A DNA stretch of 53,522 nt, taken from contig CAZQDR010000002.1 in the NCBI GenBank assembly GCA_964591715.1, positions 3,614-57,135 of the forward strand, in the 5' to 3' direction. The notes below the pieces were generated by a model. The model was not told the origin of the DNA. It saw only the letters and a program-made list of their open reading frames with translations, and ran no database searches. Source of the DNA: an uncultured Candidatus Saccharibacteria bacterium. Its GTDB lineage: Bacteria > Patescibacteriota > Minisyncoccia > Phycocordibacterales > JACOZG01. How positions within the stretch are numbered: position 1 is the stretch's first letter; each line of letters opens with the position of its first letter. The translations under genes and the position numbers were made by a program. This document shows positions 6,801-15,220 of this stretch, in pieces.

Positions 6801-7817
6801 ATGACTACCAATAAACAATTTAACCGCGGAATTGCGACCTCCGCTCTGATGGTGCTTGTGGTTGCTATTTTAGTAGCGGGCTTGGGCATCTATGAGGCGC
6901 AAAAGAAAGTGTCTGGCGAGCCCGGCCCAAACGGCAGCTCAACCTTAACAACGGTTGTGCCAACGGGTTGGAAGACCTACCAGGATGCAGTCTGGGGCTT
7001 TACTCTTGCTCACCCCGCCACTTGGCAAAGCACTGTCTCCACCGAGAGCGGTCGCATTGTTGAGCTCTCTGGCGGCAGCGAGGGTCAAGTGCGACTTTAC
7101 GCGGTCACTATTCCGATGAACCAAGAGCTCGAGGCCTACTTGAGCGAGAAGGATCGTCTTAACGCGACCGGTTACGAGGGTCAGCCTTCAGCCACCATTC
7201 ACAGCAGTAATCGTATTAGTCTTGATGGCTTACCAGCGATTGAGCGCGAGGAGAGTTGGAACGCGGCTGGTTTTTCTCGGATCTTGGTAACTTACTTAAA
7301 GCGCGGCGACAAAGTAATTGTTTTGCACCAAATGCCAATCGCGGATGATGGCAGTGTCACTAGCGCCGAGCGCTCGCTGTATCGCCAGATTGTTCGGTCG
7401 CTCACCTTTGCGGTAGCAAAGCCGGTCGTTACGCCAGCCACCAGTACGCCAGTGGTAAGTACTGGGACAAAGTTGCGCTTACACTTTCAAGATTTGAAGG
7501 GGATCGCCATGGACTGCGAGGCAACGATGTTGGTTGAGCGCACGATTGCTCCAACCCCGCGCGTGGCCTCAGCCGCGCTCGACATTTTGTTTACGGAGAA
7601 TTTGCCTAAAATTCGTTCCGCCTTCAACTCAATCACAATTGCGAACGGGGTAGCCACCCTCGACTTTAAGCCGGCGGCACTCGAGTATCTAAATGGTCCA
7701 GCTTGCGAGCAAGCTAGTTACAAGACACCGATCGAGCAAACGCTTAAGGAGTTCTCCACCGTCAAATCCGTTCAGTATTCTATCGACGGCAAGCTCCACA
7801 CCGAGTGGGACGCCTAA
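6801..7817 (+). CDS. membrane-anchored protein with C-terminal GerMN-like domain
   Basis: 338 aa with an N-terminal TM helix. The C-terminal ~110 aa (LRLHFQDL...VERTIAPTPRVASAALDILF...ITIANGVATLDF...VKSVQYSIDGK) resembles GerMN domains. From memory. Confidence 0.6.
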   Translation: MTTNKQFNRGIATSALMVLVVAILVAGLGIYEAQKKVSGEPGPNGSSTLTTVVPTGWKTYQDAVWGFTLAHPATWQSTVSTESGRIVELSGGSEGQVRLYAVTIPMNQELEAYLSEKDRLNATGYEGQPSATIHSSNRISLDGLPAIEREESWNAAGFSRILVTYLKRGDKVIVLHQMPIADDGSVTSAERSLYRQIVRSLTFAVAKPVVTPATSTPVVSTGTKLRLHFQDLKGIAMDCEATMLVERTIAPTPRVASAALDILFTENLPKIRSAFNSITIANGVATLDFKPAALEYLNGPACEQASYKTPIEQTLKEFSTVKSVQYSIDGKLHTEWDA

Positions 7818-7843
7818 GTCAGTTTATCCACTTTTCCTAAAAG

Positions 7844-7884
7844 AATGTCCTGGGCTATACTACGGTAGCCGAGGACATTTTTTG
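7844..7884 (+). terminator. intrinsic terminator
   Basis: aatgtcctgggcta (7844..7857) / tagccgaggacatt (7866..7879) with one mismatch, then TTTT. Confidence 0.7.
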
Positions 7885-7924
7885 TCATCATCTCTGTCTT
7901 TTTAGATCGATTGGAGGAAGAACC

Positions 7925-8368
7925 ATGCCAGGCACCAGTCCGAGAAGTCGACCCAAGCCGAAGGTTTATTTGATTGGTCAAGGCCTACCCAAAGGCGAAC
8001 AGGCCTATCCTGTGAGCTGGCTGATCCGGGAGTTGCCTTTGCTGGTGGACCTGGTTAGCTCGCCTCGCGACTGCGATCTATTGGTGGCGATCTCACCGAT
8101 CGAAACGGGCGATCTCGCGACCACAGTGATCATGATCGAGGAGCATCTGGGTTACGGTGGTCGAGTTCTGGTCATTCAGCCGATCGCCGAAGCGGGGAGT
8201 AGCTGTTTCCTCGTCCAGCTTGCCAGGAGTTATCCCGACCAAGGTGATGTGGAGCGCTTCATTAATTGGCCGGACGCCATGCAAACGATTTACCGTCGCG
8301 CCCATGCGATCGCTCAAGCAAGCACAGAAGAGCTCCCCCTGTTAACCCTGCGACGCTGCCGCGTCTAG
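7925..8368 (+). CDS. hypothetical protein (147 aa), GC-rich orphan
   Basis: ORF track. GGAGG 7913..7917 lies 7 nt upstream. It has its own terminator. No family recognised. Confidence 0.6.
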   Translation: MPGTSPRSRPKPKVYLIGQGLPKGEQAYPVSWLIRELPLLVDLVSSPRDCDLLVAISPIETGDLATTVIMIEEHLGYGGRVLVIQPIAEAGSSCFLVQLARSYPDQGDVERFINWPDAMQTIYRRAHAIAQASTEELPLLTLRRCRV

Positions 8369-8380
8369 TGTCGCCGCCGC

Positions 8381-8417
8381 CCCCCGTCTGATCAAGGATG
8401 ATCAGTCGGGGGTTTTT
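8381..8417 (+). terminator. intrinsic terminator
   Basis: cccccgtctgat / atcagtcggggg with one mismatch, then TTTTT. Confidence 0.7.
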
Positions 8418-8444
8418 CACCTAAAATTTATTTAGGTATATAAT

Positions 8445-8834
8445 ATGAGCATGATGCAAACATACATTGGTAATATTGAGGAGGCAACCAGAGCTAACGA
8501 GACGTTCCGAACAGTTATTCACACCGCGCCGCACAGTCAATTGGTCGTGATGGCGCTCAAGCCGGGCGAGGATATTGGTCTGGAGATTCATCCCGACAAC
8601 GATCAGTTTTTGCGGATTGAGGCGGGTGAGGGCAAGGCGATTGTGGCTGGTGTTGAGCACGCTATTGCTGATAGTTTCGCGGTCGTGGTTCCGGCTGGCA
8701 CCGAGCACAATATTATTAACACTGGCACGGCGCCGCTTAAGCTCTACACGATTTACTCACCAGCACACCACGCCCCAGGCACCGTGCACGCTACCAAGGC
8801 TGATGCCGAGGCGGCCGAAGCTCTTCATCAATAG
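8445..8834 (+). CDS. cupin-domain protein
   Basis: 129 aa. GEDIGLEIHPDNDQFLRIEAGEG ... VVVPAGTEHNIINTG matches cupin motifs 1 and 2. TATAAT 8439..8444 abuts ATG 8445, so the in-frame ATG 8451 or 8454 may be the real (leaderless) start. Confidence 0.8.
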   Translation: MSMMQTYIGNIEEATRANETFRTVIHTAPHSQLVVMALKPGEDIGLEIHPDNDQFLRIEAGEGKAIVAGVEHAIADSFAVVVPAGTEHNIINTGTAPLKLYTIYSPAHHAPGTVHATKADAEAAEALHQ

Positions 8835-8894
8835 TTCACTCCTTCCGAGCAGAATCGGATCGTTATTAAGCAAATAAAATAACGATAGAACGAT

Positions 8895-9047
8895 ATGCAA
8901 AAAAACACGATGTGGGCGGTCATCATTGTCGTAGTCCTCGTGCTAGTCGGCTTGCTCTTGTGGAGCAACTGGTCAATCACACCAGATACGACTGAAACGG
9001 CAACCACGACGAGCCCAGTGAGTACCTCGACGCTCGACCTGCAATAG
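8895..9047 (+). CDS. possible 50-aa single-pass membrane peptide
   Basis: Translated by hand: MQKNTMWAVIIVVVLVLVGLLLWSNWSITPDTTETATTTSPVSTSTLDLQ*. It has a clear TM helix plus a Thr-rich tail, lies below the ORF-track size cut-off, and fills an otherwise empty 230-bp gap. No SD. Confidence 0.35.
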   Translation: MQKNTMWAVIIVVVLVLVGLLLWSNWSITPDTTETATTTSPVSTSTLDLQ

Positions 9048-9065
9048 GGTATACTGACACGCTGT

Positions 9066-9857
9066 ATGGCAGAGCCAATTATTGAAATTGAAAATTTAAC
9101 GCGGAAGTTCGGCGACTTCACAGCCGTCGATAATATCTCGCTCTCGGTTAACCGAGGCGAGATTTTCGCGTTTCTCGGACCTAACGGCGCTGGTAAAACC
9201 ACGACGATTAAAATGCTAACGACGTTGTTGTGGCCGACCAGTGGTAAGGTGCGCATTGCCGGACATGACCCGGTCCATGAGCACAACGAGGTGCGCCGCT
9301 CGTTTGGCATTGTCTTTCAGGATCCCAGCTTAGATAACGAGCTAACTGCCTACGAGAACATGGAGTACCACGCTATCCTCTACGGCCAGTCCGCCACCGT
9401 GTATCGTCCCCGAATTATCGAGTTACTTAAGTTAGTGGAACTCTGGGATCGCAAGGGTGACTATGTTAAAAACTTTTCTGGTGGTATGAAGCGCCGACTC
9501 GAGATTGCCCGCGGCCTGCTCCATCATCCTAAAGTGCTCTTTCTCGACGAACCAACCATTGGCTTGGATCCGCAGACCCGCAATCACATTTGGAGCTATA
9601 TCCGCAATTTAAACCAGGAGGAGCAGATCACCATTTTCTTTACTACTCACCACATGGAGGAGGTCGAGCGTAACGGCGCACGGATTGCCATTATTGATCA
9701 TGGCAAGATTATTGAGACGGGGACACCCGAGGAGATTATTGCCAAAGCCAAGAAGGATAATTTAGAGGACGCCTTTATTGAGCTGACCGGTCGCAACATT
9801 CGCGCCGAGGCCTCAAACTTTAGCAAAAGCACCATGCGCGGCTTTTCCCGCATGTAA
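9066..9857 (+). CDS. ABC transporter ATP-binding protein (ABC-2/DrrA-like exporter)
   Basis: Walker A GPNGAGKTT, signature FSGGMKRRL, Walker [12 protein letters not shown]. -10 TATACT 9050..9055. Confidence 0.9.
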   Translation: MAEPIIEIENLTRKFGDFTAVDNISLSVNRGEIFAFLGPNGAGKTTTIKMLTTLLWPTSGKVRIAGHDPVHEHNEVRRSFGIVFQDPSLDNELTAYENMEYHAILYGQSATVYRPRIIELLKLVELWDRKGDYVKNFSGGMKRRLEIARGLLHHPKVLFLDEPTIGLDPQTRNHIWSYIRNLNQEEQITIFFTTHHMEEVERNGARIAIIDHGKIIETGTPEEIIAKAKKDNLEDAFIELTGRNIRAEASNFSKSTMRGFSRM

Positions 9858-9862
9858 TTATT

Positions 9863-10609
9863 ATGAGAGCAATATATATATTATGGTTACGGCAGTTGAA
9901 GCGCTTTATTCGCAAGAAGGCGAGCTTGGTGGGTGCGCTTGGTCAGCCGGTAATCTTTCTCTTAGCTTTTGGCTTTGGCCTCTCACCAATTTTTGCGCGC
10001 GCTGGGGCTGGTAATTACATGCAGTTTTTGGCGCCCGGTATTATTGCCATGACGGTGCTCTTTACCTCGATTTTTACTGGTGTCGAAATTATTTGGGATC
10101 GGCAGTTTGGATTTTTGAAGGAGACTTTCGTGGCGCCGATCTCGCGCTTCGAGATTTTGCTCGGCAAAACCTTCGGTGGCGCAACGGTGGCGATAGTCCA
10201 GTGCTAGTTGGTATTTTTAATTACTCATTTGGTCGGCTTCCGTCCCGTGAGCTGGGCCATGTTACCACTAGCCTTCTTGTTCCTGGTAGTGGTCGCCTGT
10301 TTGTTCTCCGCCCTGGGTACCGTCATTGCCGCGCGGCTTGATGACATGCAGGGCTTTCCTTTGATCATCAACTTCGTGATTCAACCTCTATTTTATCTTT
10401 CGGGCGCGCTCTTTCCCTTGGCTGGTCTGCCCAAAGTGTTAGAAATAATCACCCAACTTAACCCGCTGTCTTACGGGGTGGATGGTTTGCGCGGCACTCT
10501 TACAGGCGTGGTCCAATTTTCGCTCTGGCTCGATATGGGCGTGTTGGTGGGTGTGACTTTGTTGCTATTGTGGATTGGCTCGTTACTCTTTTCTCGAATT
10601 CAAATTTGA
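9863..10609 (+). pseudogene. ABC-2 type transporter permease interrupted by an in-frame TAG (10205..10207)
   Basis: ORFs 9863..10207 and 10208..10609 are contiguous and in the same frame (345 nt apart). Joined they give a ~248-aa, 6-TM ABC-2 permease (...ATVAIVQC*LVFLITHLVGF...). The second piece would otherwise need a TTG start directly after the stop. Confidence 0.7.
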
Positions 10610-10636
10610 CAGATCTATAAAAAGTGCTAGTTTTTA

Positions 10637-10666
10637 AAGGTCGGCTAGTGTTAGTCGGCCTTTATT
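10637..10666 (+). terminator. putative intrinsic terminator of the ABC operon
   Basis: aaggtcggcta / gtgt / tagtcggcctt (two G-U pairs), then tattg. Confidence 0.5.
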
Positions 10667-10759
10667 GATTGCATCCCATTGCTTTGGTGATGGCGCTATT
10701 AATAAAGTAATTGCGCTAACCCCGCAAAAAATCACAGTTCTTTTACAGGAGATTGTTTA

Positions 10760-11512
10760 ATGTCTGCTAACTCCAGACAAATTGACCCCACGTTTCTCGA
10801 GCTCGTCAGACGATTTACGGTTCTTGTGGCCGACGCTACCATTCTAATCAATAGATTGGCCCGGCCTAGGGAGATGATCGAGGCACTTTTGCGCGCCCTC
10901 CAGCTTTTCAAAGAAGGACGACTGGGCGGAGTGCTTGCTTCAGACCAACATTTCGAGCTAAACAAAATTGGAGGTAAGAATACGGCTGGAATCGAGCAGC
11001 GTCGAGCCCGATTCAAAGAAAGATTGGCGACGTTTGGCCTGGAATTGGTTACCAATGAGTTTTTGACACGTTTACCGAAGCGCGCTCGGAGGGCTCTGGT
11101 TGATTACGATGGCCGATTTTTCACCTCCTTGCCTGAATTGGTGCTTGCTCAACCAGGGCTGGAGACCGAAAGTTTAAGGAGAAAAAACTTCGGTGTCCAA
11201 TCTTTGACTGTTCTTGAGGCGGCTCTGGATGAGCTGGGGCTTTATATTGGTATGTCTCTGGAAGAGGTGGCAGATGCGTTCCACACTGTCCCGTCAAGGG
11301 AGTGGCTTGAGGAAAGTAGGCGCTACCACCATGATGAGGAGGTTCAGCAAGACTTCACCAAGTTAACAGAGGGTTTAGATCTTACTCAAGAAGAGCGTGA
11401 CGCTTTACGAAATATTTGGTTTTTACGGAATCCAGATAGATATATGGCTCACTGGGAGCTAGGGCAATCTGTGCGTTCAATTCTCTGGAAGTTGAGAGAT
11501 AAATCTCCTTAA
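10760..11512 (+). CDS. hypothetical protein with RNA polymerase alpha-subunit C-terminal-domain (alpha-CTD)-like helix-hairpin-helix module
   Basis: 250 aa. SD caggaga. Residues ~101-164 (LTRLPKRARRALVDYDGRFFTSLPELV...LRRKNFGVQSLTVLEAALDELGLYIG) follow the alpha-CTD pattern (LsvRa.N.L...i.ti.dL......L...knfGkkSl.Ei...L.elGL). Confidence 0.6.
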   Translation: MSANSRQIDPTFLELVRRFTVLVADATILINRLARPREMIEALLRALQLFKEGRLGGVLASDQHFELNKIGGKNTAGIEQRRARFKERLATFGLELVTNEFLTRLPKRARRALVDYDGRFFTSLPELVLAQPGLETESLRRKNFGVQSLTVLEAALDELGLYIGMSLEEVADAFHTVPSREWLEESRRYHHDEEVQQDFTKLTEGLDLTQEERDALRNIWFLRNPDRYMAHWELGQSVRSILWKLRDKSP

Positions 11513-11532
11513 AAAAGAGAGCTAATCAAAAC

Positions 11533-11567
11533 GGCCCCCGAGCATCGTGCTCGCGGGGCCTCTTTTT
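11533..11567. terminator. hairpin terminator between convergent genes
   Basis: ggcccccgagca ... tgctcgcggggcc, then ctctttttat. It sits between 11512(+) and 11593(-). Confidence 0.6.
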
Positions 11568-11592
11568 ATGCTTAAATTTTCATTTAATGCAC

Positions 11593-12675
11593 TCACTGCT
11601 TACTCACATTCAAATTTAAGCGGTCCAAATAGTTGGCCAAAGCTTGGTGGGTAATACAATAGACATCGGGTTGGCCGCAAACCTGATCCGCAAAATCCTT
11701 CATGGCTTGCCAGTAAAGGCCGTCGTTCCAGGTGCTGAAGTGGTGGCCAATAAAAATCGGTGCCCGCTTCCCACGATAGTGCGTATTAAAATAATCAAGA
11801 TAGCCAGACAAAACATCATGCTGGGCGGCACTCCATTCGGGCGTGCCGCGTTTTAAAATATTGTGACCGCCAGTCTGAAGCACAAAAATACTGTAATCCA
11901 TGCTAATGGTACTGCGACCGCTAGGCAAAGTAATTGTTGATAGGGGGAATTCCCACAAACCGTCAGCATTCTTTTTGGGCCAGCCTGGATTATGGCCGCT
12001 CACCCCACTGGCATCGTAGCGGAAGTTCGCTTTGGCTAGCACTTCGTCCAAGGCTTTGTTGGCACCAAGTTGTGGGGCACGAAAGCCGATAACATCCTCG
12101 GGCTTAACGGCGAGCGGCTCGGGTAAAACTAAGCCGGGATTATTGCGCTCAAGATTGAAGAATAAATCATTGAAAGTGGCGAACTCTTGGATCCACTCAT
12201 CATTAGTCCAATGACTGCCGTCAAAATGTCCGTTTGCATGCGAGGCGATCTCGTGGCCGTCGCGGAAGGCCGCGTTGACCTCGCGCACCCGATTAGCAAT
12301 GTCGTCGTTTGAGGCGGCGAAGCCGATAAGAGAGGTACCTGGTGAGTGAGCTGGCGGCTGGTAATGGGCAGCTAGAGCTTGGTTTAAAAAGTAGACCCCA
12401 CTAACGAAGTAGGTAAAGTAGACTGGCTTACCTTTGGCCGCTAGCTCCCGGGCAAACTGGCGCGTCGCTTGCCACATGGGAATGGAGGCCGAACCGTCAA
12501 AGGCCAGCAAGACAAATTGCGGCCGCTCGCCGTAAACTGCAAGCGGTGGCGGGGGTGGCACCGGTTTTTGGAGGTCTCCCAGGCGGACGGGTAGCCAGGC
12601 CGCGGCCACCAAAGTCGCACCGACAATGGTGCCGCTCACAATTAGTTGTCGATAGTAGCGCCTCATTTTTTTCAA
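11593..12675 (-). CDS. polysaccharide deacetylase (CE4/NodB-homology) family protein, membrane-anchored
   Basis: 360 aa with an N-terminal TM helix. NodB-like motifs: LLAFDGS, HEIASHANGH, FRAPQL. Confidence 0.7.
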   Translation of the reverse strand: MKKMRRYYRQLIVSGTIVGATLVAAAWLPVRLGDLQKPVPPPPPLAVYGERPQFVLLAFDGSASIPMWQATRQFARELAAKGKPVYFTYFVSGVYFLNQALAAHYQPPAHSPGTSLIGFAASNDDIANRVREVNAAFRDGHEIASHANGHFDGSHWTNDEWIQEFATFNDLFFNLERNNPGLVLPEPLAVKPEDVIGFRAPQLGANKALDEVLAKANFRYDASGVSGHNPGWPKKNADGLWEFPLSTITLPSGRSTISMDYSIFVLQTGGHNILKRGTPEWSAAQHDVLSGYLDYFNTHYRGKRAPIFIGHHFSTWNDGLYWQAMKDFADQVCGQPDVYCITHQALANYLDRLNLNVSKQ

Positions 12676-12738
12676 TTATACCCACAGCCCTAATATATTC
12701 ATAGACTTTTCATTTGGTGGTATACTGAAATCACGTTT

Positions 12739-13947
12739 ATGAACTTGTCGGTGCTGATGTTTGGCTGGGAATTCCCCCCGCATAATAGCGGTGGGTTAGG
12801 AACAGCGTGTGAGGGGTTAACGCGGGCTTTGTCGGAGAAAAGTGTCCGCACAATTTTCGTTTTACCCAAGAAGGTCGGCGTGGATGCCGACTTTGTTGAC
12901 ATGCGTTTTGCTAATTTACAAAACGTGGAGTTTAAACGCGTCCCCGGCTTCCTTTACCCTTATCTGACGCCGCAAGAGTATCGCGAACAGCGTCTAGCTT
13001 CCGGCGAAGAGGTCTACGGTTTGTCACTTTTGGACGAGGTTAAGATGTACGCCATCCGGGCACGCAAGATTGCCCAGAAGGAACTCTTTAATGTGATCCA
13101 TGCTCACGATTGGTTGGCCTATCCCGCTGGCATGGTGGCGCAGGAGGTCAGTCACAAGCCGCTCGTGGCCCATGTTCACGCCACCGAGTTTGATCGGGGT
13201 GGCGGTAATGGCATCAATAGTGACGTTTATCAAATTGAGAAGGAGGGGATGGAGCGAGCGGACGGCATCATTGCCGTGAGTCAATGGACCAAGGATATTG
13301 TTCATCATCAGTACGGTATCCCCGCCAACAAAATTTCGGTTGTTCACAATGGTATTGTCTCCAGCCAGTATCCGCGTTTGAGTTGTAGTTTGGAGAAGTT
13401 AAAAAACGGCGGTAATAAAATTGTGCTTTTCGTGGGCCGGATCACTTTGCAAAAAGGGCCGGATTACTTTGTTCGGGTCGCAGAGCAGGTTTTGCGCTAC
13501 GCTCCTAAAACTTATTTTGTGATGGTTGGCTCGGGCGATATGCAGGCGCAGATTATGCAGACGGCGGCTTTTCTTGGCATCTCTGATCGTTTTATCTTTC
13601 CCGGCTTTTTGCGGGGCGAGGAATTAAATCGGGTTTATCAAGCGGCAGATTTATATATTTTACCTTCCGTTTCCGAACCGTTTGGCATTACGCCGCTAGA
13701 GGCGCTTGCTAACGGGACGCCTGTGATGGTCTCTAAGCAGTCGGGGGTGGCCGAAGTCTTGTCCCACGCTTTAAAAGTTGATTTTTGGGATATTGATGAA
13801 ATGACGAATCAGATTTTAGCGGTTTTAGAACACTCGACTCTCCAGCAAACGTTGGCCAGCTTTGGTCAGCAGGAGGTCCACAAAGTTACCTGGAGCGAGG
13901 CCGCCCGCAAGGTGATTGATGTCTACCAAAAGTTTGTCCCGGCCTAA
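12739..13947 (+). CDS. GT4-type glycosyltransferase (glycogen/alpha-glucan synthase-like)
   Basis: 402 aa. FGWEFPPHNSGGLGTAC at the N-terminus, EPFGITPLEALANGTPV (E-x7-E region) at the C-terminus. Adjacent to GH57 and GH15 genes. -10 TATACT 12721..12726. Confidence 0.8.
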   Translation: MNLSVLMFGWEFPPHNSGGLGTACEGLTRALSEKSVRTIFVLPKKVGVDADFVDMRFANLQNVEFKRVPGFLYPYLTPQEYREQRLASGEEVYGLSLLDEVKMYAIRARKIAQKELFNVIHAHDWLAYPAGMVAQEVSHKPLVAHVHATEFDRGGGNGINSDVYQIEKEGMERADGIIAVSQWTKDIVHHQYGIPANKISVVHNGIVSSQYPRLSCSLEKLKNGGNKIVLFVGRITLQKGPDYFVRVAEQVLRYAPKTYFVMVGSGDMQAQIMQTAAFLGISDRFIFPGFLRGEELNRVYQAADLYILPSVSEPFGITPLEALANGTPVMVSKQSGVAEVLSHALKVDFWDIDEMTNQILAVLEHSTLQQTLASFGQQEVHKVTWSEAARKVIDVYQKFVPA

Positions 13948-13972
13948 TTAACTTCTTTTCGAGGGAGTTTTA

Positions 13973-15220
13973 TTGCTAAAGCAGAGGCTGTGGTACAATA
14001 AATCAATTATGGCTTCCGTCTGTTTTTACTTCCAAGTTCATCAACCTCGACGAGTTAAAAAGTATCGTGTCTTTGATATTGGCAATGATCCGCATTACTT
14101 TAATGACGCCTCCGAATCCAAAACGAACAATCGCAAAATTGTTGAGAAGGTGTCGACTAAGTGTTATCTCCCAGCCAACCAACTAATGCTGGAGCTGTTG
14201 CAAAAGTACCCCGAGTTCAAAGTGACTTATTCGCTCTCTGGCATTTTTCTCGAACAGTTAGAGGAGTTTGCGCCCGAAGTGCTTGACTCGTTCCGGGCCC
14301 TAGTGGCAACCGGCCAGGTGGAGCTTTTAAACGAAACCTATTATCACTCATTGTCATACCTTTTCTCACCGTCGGAGTTTCGCCGCCAAGTGCGGATGCA
14401 CCGCAAAAAGATATTGGACCTCTTTAATTATGAGCCGCAATCTTTTCGTCATACCGAATTAATTTACAGCAATCAGTTAGCTAAGGAGGTTGAGGATTTG
14501 GGTTATCGGAGTATTTTAGCCGAGGGCGCCGATCATATTTTAGGCTGGCGTAGTCCTAACTTTGTTTACAAACCAAAAGGTGGGCGCAATCTCCGGCTCT
14601 TACTCAAGAATTACAAATTGTCAGATGACATTGCCTTCCGCTTCTCCTCCAAGGAGTGGAGCGAGTGGCCGCTAACGGCGCCAAAGTTTGCCAATTGGGT
14701 TAATGCGGTCAATGGCAACGGCCAGGTGGTCAATCTCTTTATGGATTACGAGACTTTTGGCGAGCACCAATGGTCGGATACCGGTATTTTTGATTTTCTC
14801 CGCGCGCTACCTGAGGAGGTGTTAAAGCATCCAGACAATAATTTTGTAACCGTAACCGAAGCGGCCGACAAATACCCAGCCATGGACGAAGTGGATGCGC
14901 CTGACTATTACTCCTGGGCTGACACTGAGCGTGACTTATCGGCCTGGCTCTCCAATCCAATGCAGCATGACGCCGCCAAAAAATTGTATGAGCTCGAAGA
15001 GTCAGTTTTAAAAACTAAAGATGAACATTTGATCAACAGTTGGCGTCGACTCGGCACCTCCGATCATTTATACTATATGTGCACCAAGTGGTGGAACGAT
15101 GGGGATGTTCACAAATATTTTAGTCCGTACGAGTCACCCTATGAGGCCTTTATTTCTTATATGAATGTTTTGCGCGATTTAAAATTACGAATTGAAGAAA
15201 GTTTAGCTCTTCATGTCTAA
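13973..15220 (+). CDS. glycoside hydrolase family 57 protein (alpha-amylase/amylopullulanase-like)
   Basis: 415 aa. CFYFQVHQPRRV..., ...MDYETFGEHQW are GH57 hallmarks. TTG 13973 has gagggag 5 nt upstream; ATG 14009 is an alternative start. Confidence 0.85.
   Translation: MLKQRLWYNKSIMASVCFYFQVHQPRRVKKYRVFDIGNDPHYFNDASESKTNNRKIVEKVSTKCYLPANQLMLELLQKYPEFKVTYSLSGIFLEQLEEFAPEVLDSFRALVATGQVELLNETYYHSLSYLFSPSEFRRQVRMHRKKILDLFNYEPQSFRHTELIYSNQLAKEVEDLGYRSILAEGADHILGWRSPNFVYKPKGGRNLRLLLKNYKLSDDIAFRFSSKEWSEWPLTAPKFANWVNAVNGNGQVVNLFMDYETFGEHQWSDTGIFDFLRALPEEVLKHPDNNFVTVTEAADKYPAMDEVDAPDYYSWADTERDLSAWLSNPMQHDAAKKLYELEESVLKTKDEHLINSWRRLGTSDHLYYMCTKWWNDGDVHKYFSPYESPYEAFISYMNVLRDLKLRIEESLALHV

Noticed and set aside
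8828-9310. 160-aa minus-strand ORF
   Set aside because: It is antisense to the well-supported ABC ATPase (Walker A region) and to the 50-aa mini-ORF. It has no SD, and its sequence has no recognisable features.
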